Of a DNA stretch of 64,000 nt, positions 30,995-43,309 are shown in pieces (the first letter of the stretch is position 1; every line of letters begins with the position of its first letter). The notes beneath the pieces were generated by a model, which saw only the letters and a list, made by a program, of their open reading frames with translations, had not been told where the DNA came from and did not search any database. A program made the translations under genes and the position numbers. Source of the DNA: a bacterium (GTDB lineage: Bacteria > JADJOY01); assembly GCA_046331705.1 (NCBI GenBank), contig JAXLQJ010000004.1, forward strand, positions 62,001 through 126,000, given 5' to 3'.

Positions 30995-33582
30995 GAATCG
31001 CCTCGGGCGCGCCGCACCAAGCGATCGAGCTCGTTGAGCGCCTCGAGCGGCGTCATGGCCTCGACGGCGAGCGCGGCAAGCGCATCCTTGAGACCATCGG
31101 CGGGTGCCCGGAAGAGCTCGAGCTGCGGGCTCGGCTCCACCGCCGCGCCGCGCCGCGCATGGCGCCGCGACGCGTGACCGTGCGAGCCGCTCTCGAGCTC
31201 GGCGAGCACCTCGCGCGCGCGGCGAATGACGTCCTCTGGCAATCCTGCCAGGCGGGCCACGTGGATCCCGTAGCTGCGGCTCGCGGAGCCCGGGACGATG
31301 CGATGCAGGAACAGGATCTCCTCGCCCCACTCGCGCACCGCCACGTTGAAGTTCTGGATCCGCGGGAACTGGCGCGCGAGCTCGGTGAGCTCGTGGTAGT
31401 GGGTGGCGAAGAGCGTGCGCGGCCGCGCCGGCCCTTCGTGCAATCGCTCGCCCACCGCCCACGCGATGCTCAGGCCATCGTAGGTGCTGGTGCCTCGCCC
31501 GATCTCGTCCAGCAGCACCAGGCTCCGCGAGGTCGCTTGCTCGAGGATCTGCGCCGTCTCGACCATCTCGACCATGAAGGTGCTCTGGCCCTCGGCCAGG
31601 CGATCGGAGGCACCGACGCGCGTGAACACGCGGTCCACGACACCCACGTGCGCGCGCGCCGCCGGGACGAACGACCCCGCCTGCGCGAGCACCACGGCGA
31701 GCGCGACCTGACGCATGTACGTCGACTTGCCGGCCATGTTGGGTCCGGTGATGAGCAGGACTTGGCTCTCGTCCACGTCGAGGCGGACGTCGTTGGGCAC
31801 GAAGCGATCGCGACCGAGATTCGCCTCCACCACCGGGTGGCGGCAGTCCGCGAGATCGAGCACGCCGCTCTCGTCGATGCGGGGTCGGACGTAACGTCGG
31901 GCCGCGGCGACCTCGGCGAAGGAAGCCAGCGCATCGAGCTCGGCGACGGCGCTCGCGGTCGCGCTGATGCGGAGCGCCTCGGCGGCGGCGCGCTCGCGCA
32001 GCCCCTGGAAGATCTCGAGCTCGAGCTTGTGGGCACGTTCCTCGGCGCCGAGGATCTTCGCCTCCATCTCCTTGAGCTCGGGCGTCACGTAACGCTCGGC
32101 GCCCACCAGCGTCTGCTTGCGAATCCAGGTCGCGGGCACTCGCTCGGAGAACGAGTTCGGCACCTCGAGGTAGTAGCCGAAGACGCGGTTGTATCCGACC
32201 TTGAGCTTGGGAATCTGGGCGCGTTCGCGCTCGGCCGCCTCGAGGCGCGCGATCCACGACTTGCCGTCCCGCGTGAGACTGCGTGCCTCGTCGAGCTCGG
32301 GGTTCACGCCGTCGCGAACGAGGCCGCCGTCGGTGATCGCGAGCGGCGGTGCCTCGACGAGCGTGCGCCGCACGTCGGCCACCAGGTCACCGAGGGGGTC
32401 GACGGCATCCGCGAGCGACTCCAATCGCGCCGCCGCCGAACCGCCGGCGTGCTGCTTGATCCCGGGCAGCTGCTCGAGCGCCGCGGCGAGCGCGACCAGG
32501 TCGCGAGCGTGCGCGCGTCCCGTGGTGACCTTCGCGTTGAGCCGCTCGAGGTCGCCCATCGGTGCAAGCGCGGCGGCGAGCTCGGCGCGGCGCAACGGCT
32601 CGTCGACCAGCACTTGAACGGCATCGTGGCGCTGCTCGATCGCAGCGGGCCGAACCAACGGCTCGAGCAACCAGCGCCGCAGCAGCCGCGCGCCCATCGG
32701 AGTGCGAGTGCGGTCCACGACGGCCAGCAACGTGCCGCCGCGCCCGCCGTCGACCAGCGATCGCACCAGCTCCAGGTTGCGCTCGGCGATGGGATCCAGC
32801 ACGAGCCGCTCGTCCGCGTCGTAGCGCGCCGGCGGCACGAGGTGGGGCGGGATGCGTTGCTGCGTCCACGCGACGTAACCAAGCGCTGCGCCGATCGCGC
32901 CGAGCGCGAGCGGCGCGTCGATGGGAGCCGCACCGGGAAAGGCGCGCGCCATCTCTGCTGCGCCGGTCTCGGCGCTGAAGCGCTCGAGCGCCAGCGGGGT
33001 GAGGCATCGCCCGCCTTGCGCGACCTCGCGCGGCACGTCCCAATCGTCGGGATGCAGCACCTCCGTCGGCGCGTATCGATCGAGCTCCGATACCAGCCCG
33101 TTGCGGCTGTGGACCTCCGTGAAGCGGAAGTCACCCGTCGAGACGTCGAGCAGCACCAGACCGAAGCCCAGCTCCCCCGGCTGGATCGACGCGAGGTAGT
33201 TGTTGCGATCCTGCGCCAGCAGCTCGCCGCCCACGACCATGCCTGGGGTGACGATGCGCACGACCTCGCGGCGCACGATGCCCTTGGCCTCGGCGGGGTC
33301 CTCGACCTGGTCGCAGACCGCCACGCGACGACCCGCCGCGATCAGCTTCGCGACGTACGCGTCGACCTGGTGGTGCGGAAAGCCGCAGAACGGGATGGGC
33401 TCCGGGCTCTCCTTGTCGCGTGACGTCAGCGTGAGGTCCAACAACGGCGCCGCCGTCAGCGCGTCCTCGAAGAAGATCTCGAAGAAGTCGCCCATTCGAA
33501 AGAGCAGGATCGCGTCGCGATGACGATCCTTGATCTCGAAGTACTGACGCATCATCGGCGTCAGCGTGCGAGGAGCGCTCAT
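30991..33582 (-). CDS. mutS: DNA mismatch repair protein MutS
   Basis: TPMMRQY, LFRMGDFFE, ITGPNMAGKSTYMRQ, STFMVEM, DEIGRGTSTYDG, FATHYHEL, SYGIHVARLAG. Confidence 0.97.
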   Translation of the reverse strand: MSAPRTLTPMMRQYFEIKDRHRDAILLFRMGDFFEIFFEDALTAAPLLDLTLTSRDKESPEPIPFCGFPHHQVDAYVAKLIAAGRRVAVCDQVEDPAEAKGIVRREVVRIVTPGMVVGGELLAQDRNNYLASIQPGELGFGLVLLDVSTGDFRFTEVHSRNGLVSELDRYAPTEVLHPDDWDVPREVAQGGRCLTPLALERFSAETGAAEMARAFPGAAPIDAPLALGAIGAALGYVAWTQQRIPPHLVPPARYDADERLVLDPIAERNLELVRSLVDGGRGGTLLAVVDRTRTPMGARLLRRWLLEPLVRPAAIEQRHDAVQVLVDEPLRRAELAAALAPMGDLERLNAKVTTGRAHARDLVALAAALEQLPGIKQHAGGSAAARLESLADAVDPLGDLVADVRRTLVEAPPLAITDGGLVRDGVNPELDEARSLTRDGKSWIARLEAAERERAQIPKLKVGYNRVFGYYLEVPNSFSERVPATWIRKQTLVGAERYVTPELKEMEAKILGAEERAHKLELEIFQGLRERAAAEALRISATASAVAELDALASFAEVAAARRYVRPRIDESGVLDLADCRHPVVEANLGRDRFVPNDVRLDVDESQVLLITGPNMAGKSTYMRQVALAVVLAQAGSFVPAARAHVGVVDRVFTRVGASDRLAEGQSTFMVEMVETAQILEQATSRSLVLLDEIGRGTSTYDGLSIAWAVGERLHEGPARPRTLFATHYHELTELARQFPRIQNFNVAVREWGEEILFLHRIVPGSASRSYGIHVARLAGLPEDVIRRAREVLAELESGSHGHASRRHARRGAAVEPSPQLELFRAPADGLKDALAALAVEAMTPLEALNELDRLVRRARGDS

Positions 33583-33660
33583 CGACGGGGCTCGCGAAGC
33601 GAAGGGCGGCTGCGACGACGCCACGGCAGCGGGCGAGCGACTCGCCCGAGGCCAAGACGA

Positions 33661-34527
33661 TCAGCGGGACGTGGCGGGATCCTCGCCGGACTCGGTCACT
33701 CGCTCGGTGGCGGGCGCGGGGTTCTCCGCGTCGGTGCCCTGAGGCTCGGAGGCCTCGCTCAGGCGTGCCACGGCCGCCACGTCGTCGTCCAGTCGCTCGG
33801 CGAGATCCCACGCGGCCTCGGCGGACGAAGCGTCGTCGCGCGTGACGGGTTCCTCGTGCGACTCGCCACCGACCGACGGCACCGCGAAGCGCGGCTCGCT
33901 CGCTGCCCGGACCGGCGCTCCCTGCAGCTCGCGCGTTTCGTGGATCGCACGCGCACGATCCCGTTCGAGCGCCGCGCGCGCGCTTTCGACGTCGAGCCGC
34001 GCGCGTTCCACGTCGCGGCGCTCGGCACCGAGCTCCGCGCGCGACTTGGCGAGCTCCGCGCGCTCGGCGGCGAGGTGGCTGCGCGCCTCCGCGAGCGCCT
34101 CGCGATCGCGGCGCAGCTCGTCGGCTCGATGGTCGAGCTCGGTGGTGCGGAACTCGAGCTCGCGACGCTTCGGCTCGTATTCCTCGCGTTCTCTCGCCAA
34201 CGCGGCGCGCGACCGCTCGAGCTCCAGGCGCTCGGGCTCGTGCGCCCGGCGTTCCTTGCGCAGCCGTCGCCACGACCCGACGACGTTCCCGTAGACCTGC
34301 ATGCTCGCGAGGCCCATGAGCAGCACTCCGAGCACGAAGAAGCACGCACAGAACACGAACAGGGGAATCGGTGGCGCGAGCAGCGCGTCGTTGGGGCCGG
34401 CCCAATAACGGAACTCGAGGCTCGGCAGCGAGACGCCGAAGCTCTCGTGGTTGAAGACCACGAAGCTCACCAGGACGGTCGCGATGAGCAGGAACGCCAC
34501 ACGGCTCAACACTCGGATCACGGTCAT
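33661..34527 (-). CDS. LapA (DUF1049)-like membrane protein with a long coiled-coil extension
   Basis: Two N-terminal TM helices (FVVFN...; LFVFCACFFVLGVLL) followed by an E/R/A-rich heptad region. It sits between HIT and mutS. Confidence 0.55.
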   Translation of the reverse strand: MTVIRVLSRVAFLLIATVLVSFVVFNHESFGVSLPSLEFRYWAGPNDALLAPPIPLFVFCACFFVLGVLLMGLASMQVYGNVVGSWRRLRKERRAHEPERLELERSRAALAREREEYEPKRRELEFRTTELDHRADELRRDREALAEARSHLAAERAELAKSRAELGAERRDVERARLDVESARAALERDRARAIHETRELQGAPVRAASEPRFAVPSVGGESHEEPVTRDDASSAEAAWDLAERLDDDVAAVARLSEASEPQGTDAENPAPATERVTESGEDPATSR

Positions 34528-34556
34528 CGGTTGGTCCTTCCTGTGGCCGAGCGCAT

Positions 34557-35072
34557 TCAAGCGTCACGCGCGCGATCGAAGCTCGAGCGCAGGCGATCGT
34601 ACGTCTTCTGCAGATGCTCGGGAACGACGGTGACGGACGCGAGCACGGGCATGAAGTTCGTGTCGCCGTCCCAGCGCGGGACGACGTGATGGTGAAGGTG
34701 CGTCGTGATGCCGGCGCCGGCCGCCCGCCCGACGTTCGCTCCGACGTTGAACCCCGTGGGTGCGAGCTCGTCGCGAAGCACCCGCAGGCCCAGCGCGATC
34801 AGGTCGTCGATCTCGTGGCGCTCCGCGCGCTCGAGCGACCACGGCTCGGCCAGGTGTCGAAACGGCACCACCAGGAGGTGCCCGGGCCCGTACGGATAGC
34901 GATTCAGCGCGACGTATGCCCGCGCACCGCGGTGGATGACGAGCGACTCACGATCGTCGGCGGCGCTAGGAAGCGCGCAGAACACGCACCCGTCGTCCTT
35001 GCGCCCAGCGACGAACTCCATCCGCCAGGGCGCCCACAAGACCGAGGGCGTATCGTCCGAGGGCCGCGACAT
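34557..35072 (-). CDS. HIT family hydrolase (Ap4A phosphorylase-like)
   Basis: LWAPWR, CVFC, LNRYPY.PGHLLVVP, GFNVGAN.G..AGAGI, HLHHHVVPRWDGD. Confidence 0.93.
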   Translation of the reverse strand: MSRPSDDTPSVLWAPWRMEFVAGRKDDGCVFCALPSAADDRESLVIHRGARAYVALNRYPYGPGHLLVVPFRHLAEPWSLERAERHEIDDLIALGLRVLRDELAPTGFNVGANVGRAAGAGITTHLHHHVVPRWDGDTNFMPVLASVTVVPEHLQKTYDRLRSSFDRARDA

Positions 35073-35106
35073 CGCGAGCTCCGCCGCGAGCGGCGCGAGG
35101 TGATGC

Positions 35107-36033
35107 CTACCAACTGGGGAGCAGAAAATAGAGCCCGGGTCCCGCCGGCGCCACCACGGAGTGCCAGCCCCCGAGGGTGCCACCGAGCAAGCGGTCGAGG
35201 AGCGCGCGATGCTCCTCTGGATAGTAGACGCTCGGCTCGCCGGACATGCCTGCGAGCTCGGCGGCCTTCGTGACGGCATCGCGCAGCGTGCCCAGCGAAT
35301 CGACCAGCCCCTTCTGAAAGGCCTGCTCGCCGGAAAGCACGCGGCCGTCGGCGAGCGCGCGGACTTGGGCTTCGTCCAGGCCACGGCGCGATGCCACCGT
35401 CATCACCGCGCGCACGAACTGGCTGTAGACGTTCTCCACCATCTCCTGAAGCAGGTCGCGCTCTTCCTTCGTCATCTCGCGCGTGGGCGACAGGATGTCC
35501 TTGTACGGCCCGCTCTTCACCACGACGCTGCGGATACCGACCTTCTCCATCAGCTTCTCGTAGTTGCCGCCCTCGAGGATGACGCCGATCGAGCCCGTGA
35601 GCGTCCCGGGGTTCGCCACGATGTGCCGGGCGCCACACGCGACGTAGAAGCCGCCGGAAGCCGCGGTGGAACCGAACGAGGCCACCACCGGCTTCTTCTC
35701 GTCGAGGCGGTGAATCGCCTCGTAGATCTCCTGCGATGGCGCGACCGCGCCGCCGGGGCTGTCGACCCGGACGACGACCGCCTTGATCGAGCTCGACTTC
35801 CGAAACGACTCGATGCGGTCGAGGATCGGCTTGGCGTCGACGATGACGCCCTTGACCTCGATCACGCCGACGCGCTCGCCCATCGCGAACGCCGCGTGTT
35901 CCTCGTCCCCGCCGCCCAGGTAGGCGACGAGGGCGACGCTCAACGCGCCCAGCGCCACCAACACGATGAGCGCGAGCCAGGCACCTCGCCCACGGCGTGG
36001 GCTAGCGCTCGCGCCCCGGTCCGAGCCGGTCAC
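35107..36033 (-). CDS. sppA: Signal peptide peptidase SppA (S49, short type)
   Basis: RVDSPGG, AASGGFYVA, TLTGSIGV, KSGPYKD, ADGRV. Confidence 0.95.
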   Translation of the reverse strand: MTGSDRGASASPRRGRGAWLALIVLVALGALSVALVAYLGGGDEEHAAFAMGERVGVIEVKGVIVDAKPILDRIESFRKSSSIKAVVVRVDSPGGAVAPSQEIYEAIHRLDEKKPVVASFGSTAASGGFYVACGARHIVANPGTLTGSIGVILEGGNYEKLMEKVGIRSVVVKSGPYKDILSPTREMTKEERDLLQEMVENVYSQFVRAVMTVASRRGLDEAQVRALADGRVLSGEQAFQKGLVDSLGTLRDAVTKAAELAGMSGEPSVYYPEEHRALLDRLLGGTLGGWHSVVAPAGPGLYFLLPSW

Positions 36034-36040
36034 TGCTCAC

Positions 36041-37771
36041 TCACTCGTCGTCGTCCGCGTCGCCGGCGCTGGTGCTCGACGCGCGCTCGAAGGCGGCTGC
36101 CATCGCGGTCGGCGGAGCCGGCTGCGCCGCACGAATTCGCTCGAGCTCTTCGCGGGTCTTGGCCGCTTCGAGGCTCTTCACGCTGAGACCGATCTTGCGC
36201 TCGACCGGGTCGAGATTGGTGATGACCGCCTCGACGACCTGCCCGACGGACACCAGCTTCGCGATGTTGTCGGGACGATCGACACCCAGCTCCGAGATGT
36301 GGATGAGCCCCTCGGCGCCTTCCTCGATCTCGACGAACACGCCGAAGTCGGTGATGCCCGTGACCGGACCGGAAACCGTGGAACCGATCGAGTACTTGCG
36401 CGGGATCTCGGTCCAGGGATCCGGCTCGAGCTGCTTGATACCGAGCGAGAAGCGCTCGTTGTCGCGGTCGATGTGCAGGACCACCGCCTCGACTTCCTGA
36501 CCCTTCTGGTAGACCTCGCTCGGATGGCTGAAGCGCTTCTTTCGCGACAGGTCCGAGATGTGCACCAGGCCGTCGATGCCTTCGTCGAGGCCGATGAAGA
36601 TGCCGAAGTCGGTGACGTTCTTGATCTTGCCGTGGATGACCGTGCCGATGGGGTAGCGGCCTTCGACGAGATCCCACGGATTCGGCATCACCTGCTTCAA
36701 GCCGAGCGAGATCCGCTGATTGGCGACGTCGACGTCCAAGACCTGCGCTTCCACCTCTTGTCCGACTTCCACGATCTTCGACGGATGCTTGACCTTCTTG
36801 GTCCACGACATCTCGGAGACGTGCACCAGCCCCTCGACGCCCTTCTCGAGCTCGATGAACGCGCCGTAGTCGGTGAGGCTGACCACCTTGCCCTTGACGC
36901 GCGTTCCCGGCGGATAGCGGTCCGGCGCGGTGGTCCAGGGATCCTCCATCGTCTGCTTATAGCCGAGCGAGACGCGGCCGCGCTCGCGATCGAACTTGAG
37001 CACCTTGACCTTGACCTGATCGCCGACCTTGAACACCTCGTTGGGGTGGTTCACGCGGCCCCACGACATGTCCGTGACGTGCAGCAGGCCGTCGATGCCG
37101 CCCAGGTCGATGAACGCGCCGTAGTCGGTGATGTTCTTGACCACGCCGTCCATGATCTTGCCTTCCTCGATCTTCTCCAGGGTCTGGCTGCGCATCGCCT
37201 CGCGCTGGCTCTCGAGCAAGGCGCGCCGCGACACCACGATGTTGCCGCGACGCTTGTTGAACTTGAGGACCTTGAATTGGTAGGTCTTGCCGATCTCTTC
37301 GTCGAGGTTGCGCACCGGCCTGAGATCCACCTGCGATCCCGGCAGGAAGGCCTGCACGCCGATGTCCACGCGCAAGCCGCCCTTGATGCGAGCCACGATC
37401 TTGCCCGGCACCGGCTCGCCCTTGTCGAACGCGTCGCTGATCCGGTCCCAAACGCGGAGCTGGTCGGCCTTCTCCTTCGAGAGCACGACCAAGCCGTCTT
37501 CGTCCTCGGCCGCCTCGAGGTAGACCTCGACCTTGTCGCCTGGGTTGACCGTGAGCTGTCCGTCGTGGTCCAGGAACTCGTCGATCGGGATGAGTCCCTC
37601 CGACTTGTGGCCGACGTCGACCAACACGTGATCCTTCAAGATCTGAAGGACCCGGCCGACCACCACTTCCTCTTCCTGGAGGGCCTTATCGCTCTGAGAG
37701 AAGAGCGCCTCGAAGCTCTCCTCATCGGCGGAGCTCACATCCGACGACAGCTTCTGCTGTTCCACAACCAT
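36041..37771 (-). CDS. rpsA: 30S ribosomal protein S1
   Basis: Six S1 repeats (VDVGHKSEG, AFLPGSQVD, YGAFIDLGGIDGLLH, EGLVHVSEMSW, and others); GGAGG RBS. Confidence 0.98.
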   Translation of the reverse strand: MVVEQQKLSSDVSSADEESFEALFSQSDKALQEEEVVVGRVLQILKDHVLVDVGHKSEGLIPIDEFLDHDGQLTVNPGDKVEVYLEAAEDEDGLVVLSKEKADQLRVWDRISDAFDKGEPVPGKIVARIKGGLRVDIGVQAFLPGSQVDLRPVRNLDEEIGKTYQFKVLKFNKRRGNIVVSRRALLESQREAMRSQTLEKIEEGKIMDGVVKNITDYGAFIDLGGIDGLLHVTDMSWGRVNHPNEVFKVGDQVKVKVLKFDRERGRVSLGYKQTMEDPWTTAPDRYPPGTRVKGKVVSLTDYGAFIELEKGVEGLVHVSEMSWTKKVKHPSKIVEVGQEVEAQVLDVDVANQRISLGLKQVMPNPWDLVEGRYPIGTVIHGKIKNVTDFGIFIGLDEGIDGLVHISDLSRKKRFSHPSEVYQKGQEVEAVVLHIDRDNERFSLGIKQLEPDPWTEIPRKYSIGSTVSGPVTGITDFGVFVEIEEGAEGLIHISELGVDRPDNIAKLVSVGQVVEAVITNLDPVERKIGLSVKSLEAAKTREELERIRAAQPAPPTAMAAAFERASSTSAGDADDDE

Positions 37772-37859
37772 CCCACCTCCTGGGTGCTATCGGGCAAAAT
37801 TCAGAAGAATCGTTAAGAGATATCGAGTCCAGCTTGCAAAGGCAAGATGACTCGGCGTG

Positions 37860-38555
37860 TCAAGCGCCGAGTCGCTCGCCGGCGCGCTCTCGCACCAGCT
37901 CGATGGCGCGCGAGAGGACCGCATCGGCATCGAGCTGGGTGGAGTCGAGCCGAATCGCGTCCGCGGCGGGCCGTAGCGGTGCCAGCGCACGCGTGGAGTC
38001 CTGCTGGTCGCGCTCGACCATCGCGCTGAGGGTGCGATGCGGATCCTCGGGAATGCCGCGACTTTCGAGCTCGGCCGTGCGCCTGCGCGCGCGTTCCACG
38101 ACGTCCGCCTCCAAGTAGATCTTCACCTCGGCGTCGGGAAAGACCACGGTGCCGATGTCGCGCCCGTCCAGCACCACTCCGCCGGCGCGTCCCAGCGCAC
38201 GCTGCATCTCGACCAGCGCGCTGCGCACACTGGCATTCGTGGAGACATCGGACGCCAGGCGACTGACGTCGGGACGCCGGATGTCGGCCGTCACGTCCCG
38301 GTCGCCCTCGAGGATCCGTTCGCCTTGGCCGGTGCGATCGAAGTGGATCCGGAGTCGTGCACAGAGCCGCCCCAGCGCCGCGTCGTCGCGGACGTCGATC
38401 CCTTCCTCGGCGGCGCGCAGGCCGACGACCCGGTACATCGCACCGGTGTCGATGTGGACGAGCCCGAGCGCGCGAGCGAGCCCCTTGGCGAGGGTGCTCT
38501 TGCCCGAGCCCGAGGGCCCGTCGATGGCCACGACCGGCCCCCTTCCGCCGCTCAC
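37860..38555 (-). CDS. cmk: Cytidylate kinase
   Basis: AIDGPSGSGKST, DTGAMYR, DGRDIGTVVFPDA, RDQQDSTR; directly upstream of rpsA. Confidence 0.96.
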   Translation of the reverse strand: MSGGRGPVVAIDGPSGSGKSTLAKGLARALGLVHIDTGAMYRVVGLRAAEEGIDVRDDAALGRLCARLRIHFDRTGQGERILEGDRDVTADIRRPDVSRLASDVSTNASVRSALVEMQRALGRAGGVVLDGRDIGTVVFPDAEVKIYLEADVVERARRRTAELESRGIPEDPHRTLSAMVERDQQDSTRALAPLRPAADAIRLDSTQLDADAVLSRAIELVRERAGERLGA

Positions 38556-38592
38556 GCGCCCTCCGCGGGAGCGGAGCGAGCCAGGCTCGACG

Positions 38593-39549
38593 TCACGATC
38601 CGCGCGCTCCGTACAGCGCGCCGATCCAGTCGCGCTCGCGCGCCAGCCCATCGCGCAACGACACCAGCGGCCGATAGCCGATCAGCTCGCGCGCCCGCGT
38701 CGTGTCCGCGACGGTGTCCTTCATGTCGCCGTGCTGGGTCTCGAGGTAGCGCACCCGCACCGGCTTGCCCACCAGCTCTTCCACCATCGTCAGCACCTCG
38801 CGAACCGAGACGCGGGAGCCGCCACCGATGTTCAGCACCGCACCCGGCGGCGCGCTCGCCGCGGCGCGCACGTTCGCCTCCACCGCGTCCGAGACGTACG
38901 TGAAATCGCGCGTCTGCGTCCCGTCGCCGTAGACGCTGATCTCCTCGCCGGCGAACGCGGCCTTGAGGAATTTGTGGAACGCCATGTCGGGGCGCTGCCG
39001 CGGACCGTACACGGTGAAGTAGCGAAGGCTCGCGGTGGGCACGGCGAAGTTGCGCGTGTAGAGAACCGCCAGATGCTCCGCGGCGAGCTTCGTCACACCG
39101 TAGGGAGAGAGCGGGTGCGTGGGGTGATCCTCCACCATCGGCAGCGTCGCGACCTCGCCATACACCGAGGACGACGACGCGTACACGAACTTGCGCAGCT
39201 GCTGACTTCCCTTGACGGCCTCGAGCAAGCGCTGGGTCGCGTCGATGTTGAGCCGCGTGTAGATCCGGAAGGTGTCGCCCCAGCTCGCACGAACTCCCGC
39301 CTGGGCGGCCTGGTGGAAGATCCAGTCGACTCCCGCCACCAACGTGCTGACGTCGAGGACGTTGAGGTCGCCCTCGACGAACGAGAAGCGCGGCTCCGCG
39401 CGCAGCCGCTCGAGGTTCTTCTCCTTGATGCGGCGCGGGTAGTAGTCGGTGAAGCAGTCGACCCCGACGACGTCGTGACCGTCGGCGATCAGACGCTCCG
39501 AGAGATGAGAGCCGATGAACCCGGCCGCCCCCGTCACTAGCGCACGCAC
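38593..39549 (-). CDS. NAD-dependent nucleotide-sugar epimerase/dehydratase (UDP-glucuronate epimerase-like)
   Basis: VTGAAGFIG, AAQAGVR, ASSSSVYG, YGVTK (YxxxK), YFTVYGPRQRPDMA, RDFTYV. Confidence 0.93.
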   Translation of the reverse strand: MRALVTGAAGFIGSHLSERLIADGHDVVGVDCFTDYYPRRIKEKNLERLRAEPRFSFVEGDLNVLDVSTLVAGVDWIFHQAAQAGVRASWGDTFRIYTRLNIDATQRLLEAVKGSQQLRKFVYASSSSVYGEVATLPMVEDHPTHPLSPYGVTKLAAEHLAVLYTRNFAVPTASLRYFTVYGPRQRPDMAFHKFLKAAFAGEEISVYGDGTQTRDFTYVSDAVEANVRAAASAPPGAVLNIGGGSRVSVREVLTMVEELVGKPVRVRYLETQHGDMKDTVADTTRARELIGYRPLVSLRDGLARERDWIGALYGARGS

Positions 39550-39607
39550 GTTGCTGCCCCTCTTTCTCGCCCTCGGTGACCGGCTCCGCGCTGCCGGGCC
39601 CCGGAGG

Positions 39608-40390
39608 TCAGTCCGTGACCGTTCGGTTCACGACGGGCCCGCCGCCGGCCGCATCGGCCAGGCCGAACGCGGGCAGAAGCCCGCGCAGGAGGTCGCGCAG
39701 TCGCTGGCGGGAGGCGTCGTCGTGGAGCCCGGTCTCGCGTCGCAACGCCGCGAGCCGATCCGCGGCGTCCGGCGCGCCCGCGGCCTCGGCGCCCATCCAG
39801 CGCTCGACCATCCAACCCGTCACCTCGGGATGAAACTGGAATCCGTACACGCGCTGGCCGACGCGGAAGACCTGGTTCTCGCACACGGACGCGCCGGCCA
39901 GCCGAAGCGCGCCTTCAGGGATCGCGATCGAATGCCGATGCCAATGAAGCCCGACGAACGCTGCAGGCAGGGCGCGAAACGCCGGATCGAGCCGTCCGTC
40001 GGCGGTGAGGCAGACCTCGTGCCAGCCGATCGCGGCTCCTGGATCCGGCTCGCCACGGCCGCCCGCGGCCTCCGCCACGAGCACGGCCCCCCGGCCGATG
40101 CCGATGGTCGGAAAATCGCGTTCGACCGCCATGCGCACCAGCTCGATCTCGGCTCTCGCCACGTCCGCGTCCTGGGTGCGCGCGTCGTCGAGCACCACGA
40201 GCACCGAGCAACCATCGAGTGACGTGGGCACGCCATCGCCGGCGAACAGCCGGCGGCACTTCCAGGAGAGGCCGCACTCACCGAGGATCTCGGCGAGCGC
40301 GCCAGGTCCGTTCTCCAGCGCGTGCTGGAGAAACAGTACCGGCTTGCGCGCCGGGCTCGCTGCGCGCGTGGGGCCCGTGGACACCGTCAT
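39608..40390 (-). CDS. Class I glutamine amidotransferase-like protein lacking the catalytic Cys
   Basis: LQH...GPG, IGWHEV, HWH, LAGAS, NQVFR, YGFQFHPE. The nucleophile elbow reads GIGRG. Confidence 0.8.
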   Translation of the reverse strand: MTVSTGPTRAASPARKPVLFLQHALENGPGALAEILGECGLSWKCRRLFAGDGVPTSLDGCSVLVVLDDARTQDADVARAEIELVRMAVERDFPTIGIGRGAVLVAEAAGGRGEPDPGAAIGWHEVCLTADGRLDPAFRALPAAFVGLHWHRHSIAIPEGALRLAGASVCENQVFRVGQRVYGFQFHPEVTGWMVERWMGAEAAGAPDAADRLAALRRETGLHDDASRQRLRDLLRGLLPAFGLADAAGGGPVVNRTVTD

Positions 40391-40662
40391 CGAATCGAGA
40401 GGATCGGGTGCGGGGCGGCGGGCGTTGGGAGCGAGTGCGCCGAGCCGCGAGAAGCGCCAATCGTGGTACGAAACGCGGCGTGCTGTCTACCGGCCGCGGA
40501 CCCAACGCCGTGCGCAACCCGCTCGGCGTGCTCAAGCTCTCGATTCCACGGGCGTTTCGCCGTGGCGCGGGGTACGAAGTCGTGTGCTTGCAGGTCCTCG
40601 AAAAGTGGCTAAGTTGAGCCATCGCCTTCCCTCGCCTGCCCGGTGAGGCTACTGGAGGACTC

Positions 40663-43065
<2,403 letters not shown>

Positions 43066-43083
43066 CAGGCACCGAAGGCGAGG

Positions 43084-43109
43084 CCCCCGCCGCGTGCGCG
43101 CGGCGGGGG
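43084..43109 (+). terminator. GC-rich hairpin downstream of lon (no U-tract)
   Basis: CCCCCGCCGCG-TGCG-CGCGGCGGGGG, a perfect 11-bp stem about 20 nt after the lon stop. Confidence 0.45.
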
Positions 43110-43309
43110 GTCGCGACGCCGCGGAGGCCGGGTCAGCGAAGGCTCCGAGCCCGCACCGCATCCCCCGGCGTCCCTGGTCGGGACGGGCCTCGGCTCGACG
43201 CGATCCGGTACACGCTCGGACGCTCTAGGCTGCGGAAATGACTGGACAACCAAAAGCGCGTGCCGTAGAGTTGCCGAAAGGTGACGGACACTCGAAGAGG
43301 AGCGTGAGG

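Noticed and set aside
31159-33423. 754-aa plus-strand ORF opposite mutS (similar long ORFs lie opposite rpsA, lon, the sulfatase and the radical SAMs)
   Set aside because: Antisense shadow ORFs are expected with strong GC3 bias; they show no motifs or RBS and fully overlap confident genes.
43242-43275. Sigma54 promoter upstream of flp
   Set aside because: No GG-N10-GC with a TGGCAC-like -24 box; the candidates fail at invariant positions.
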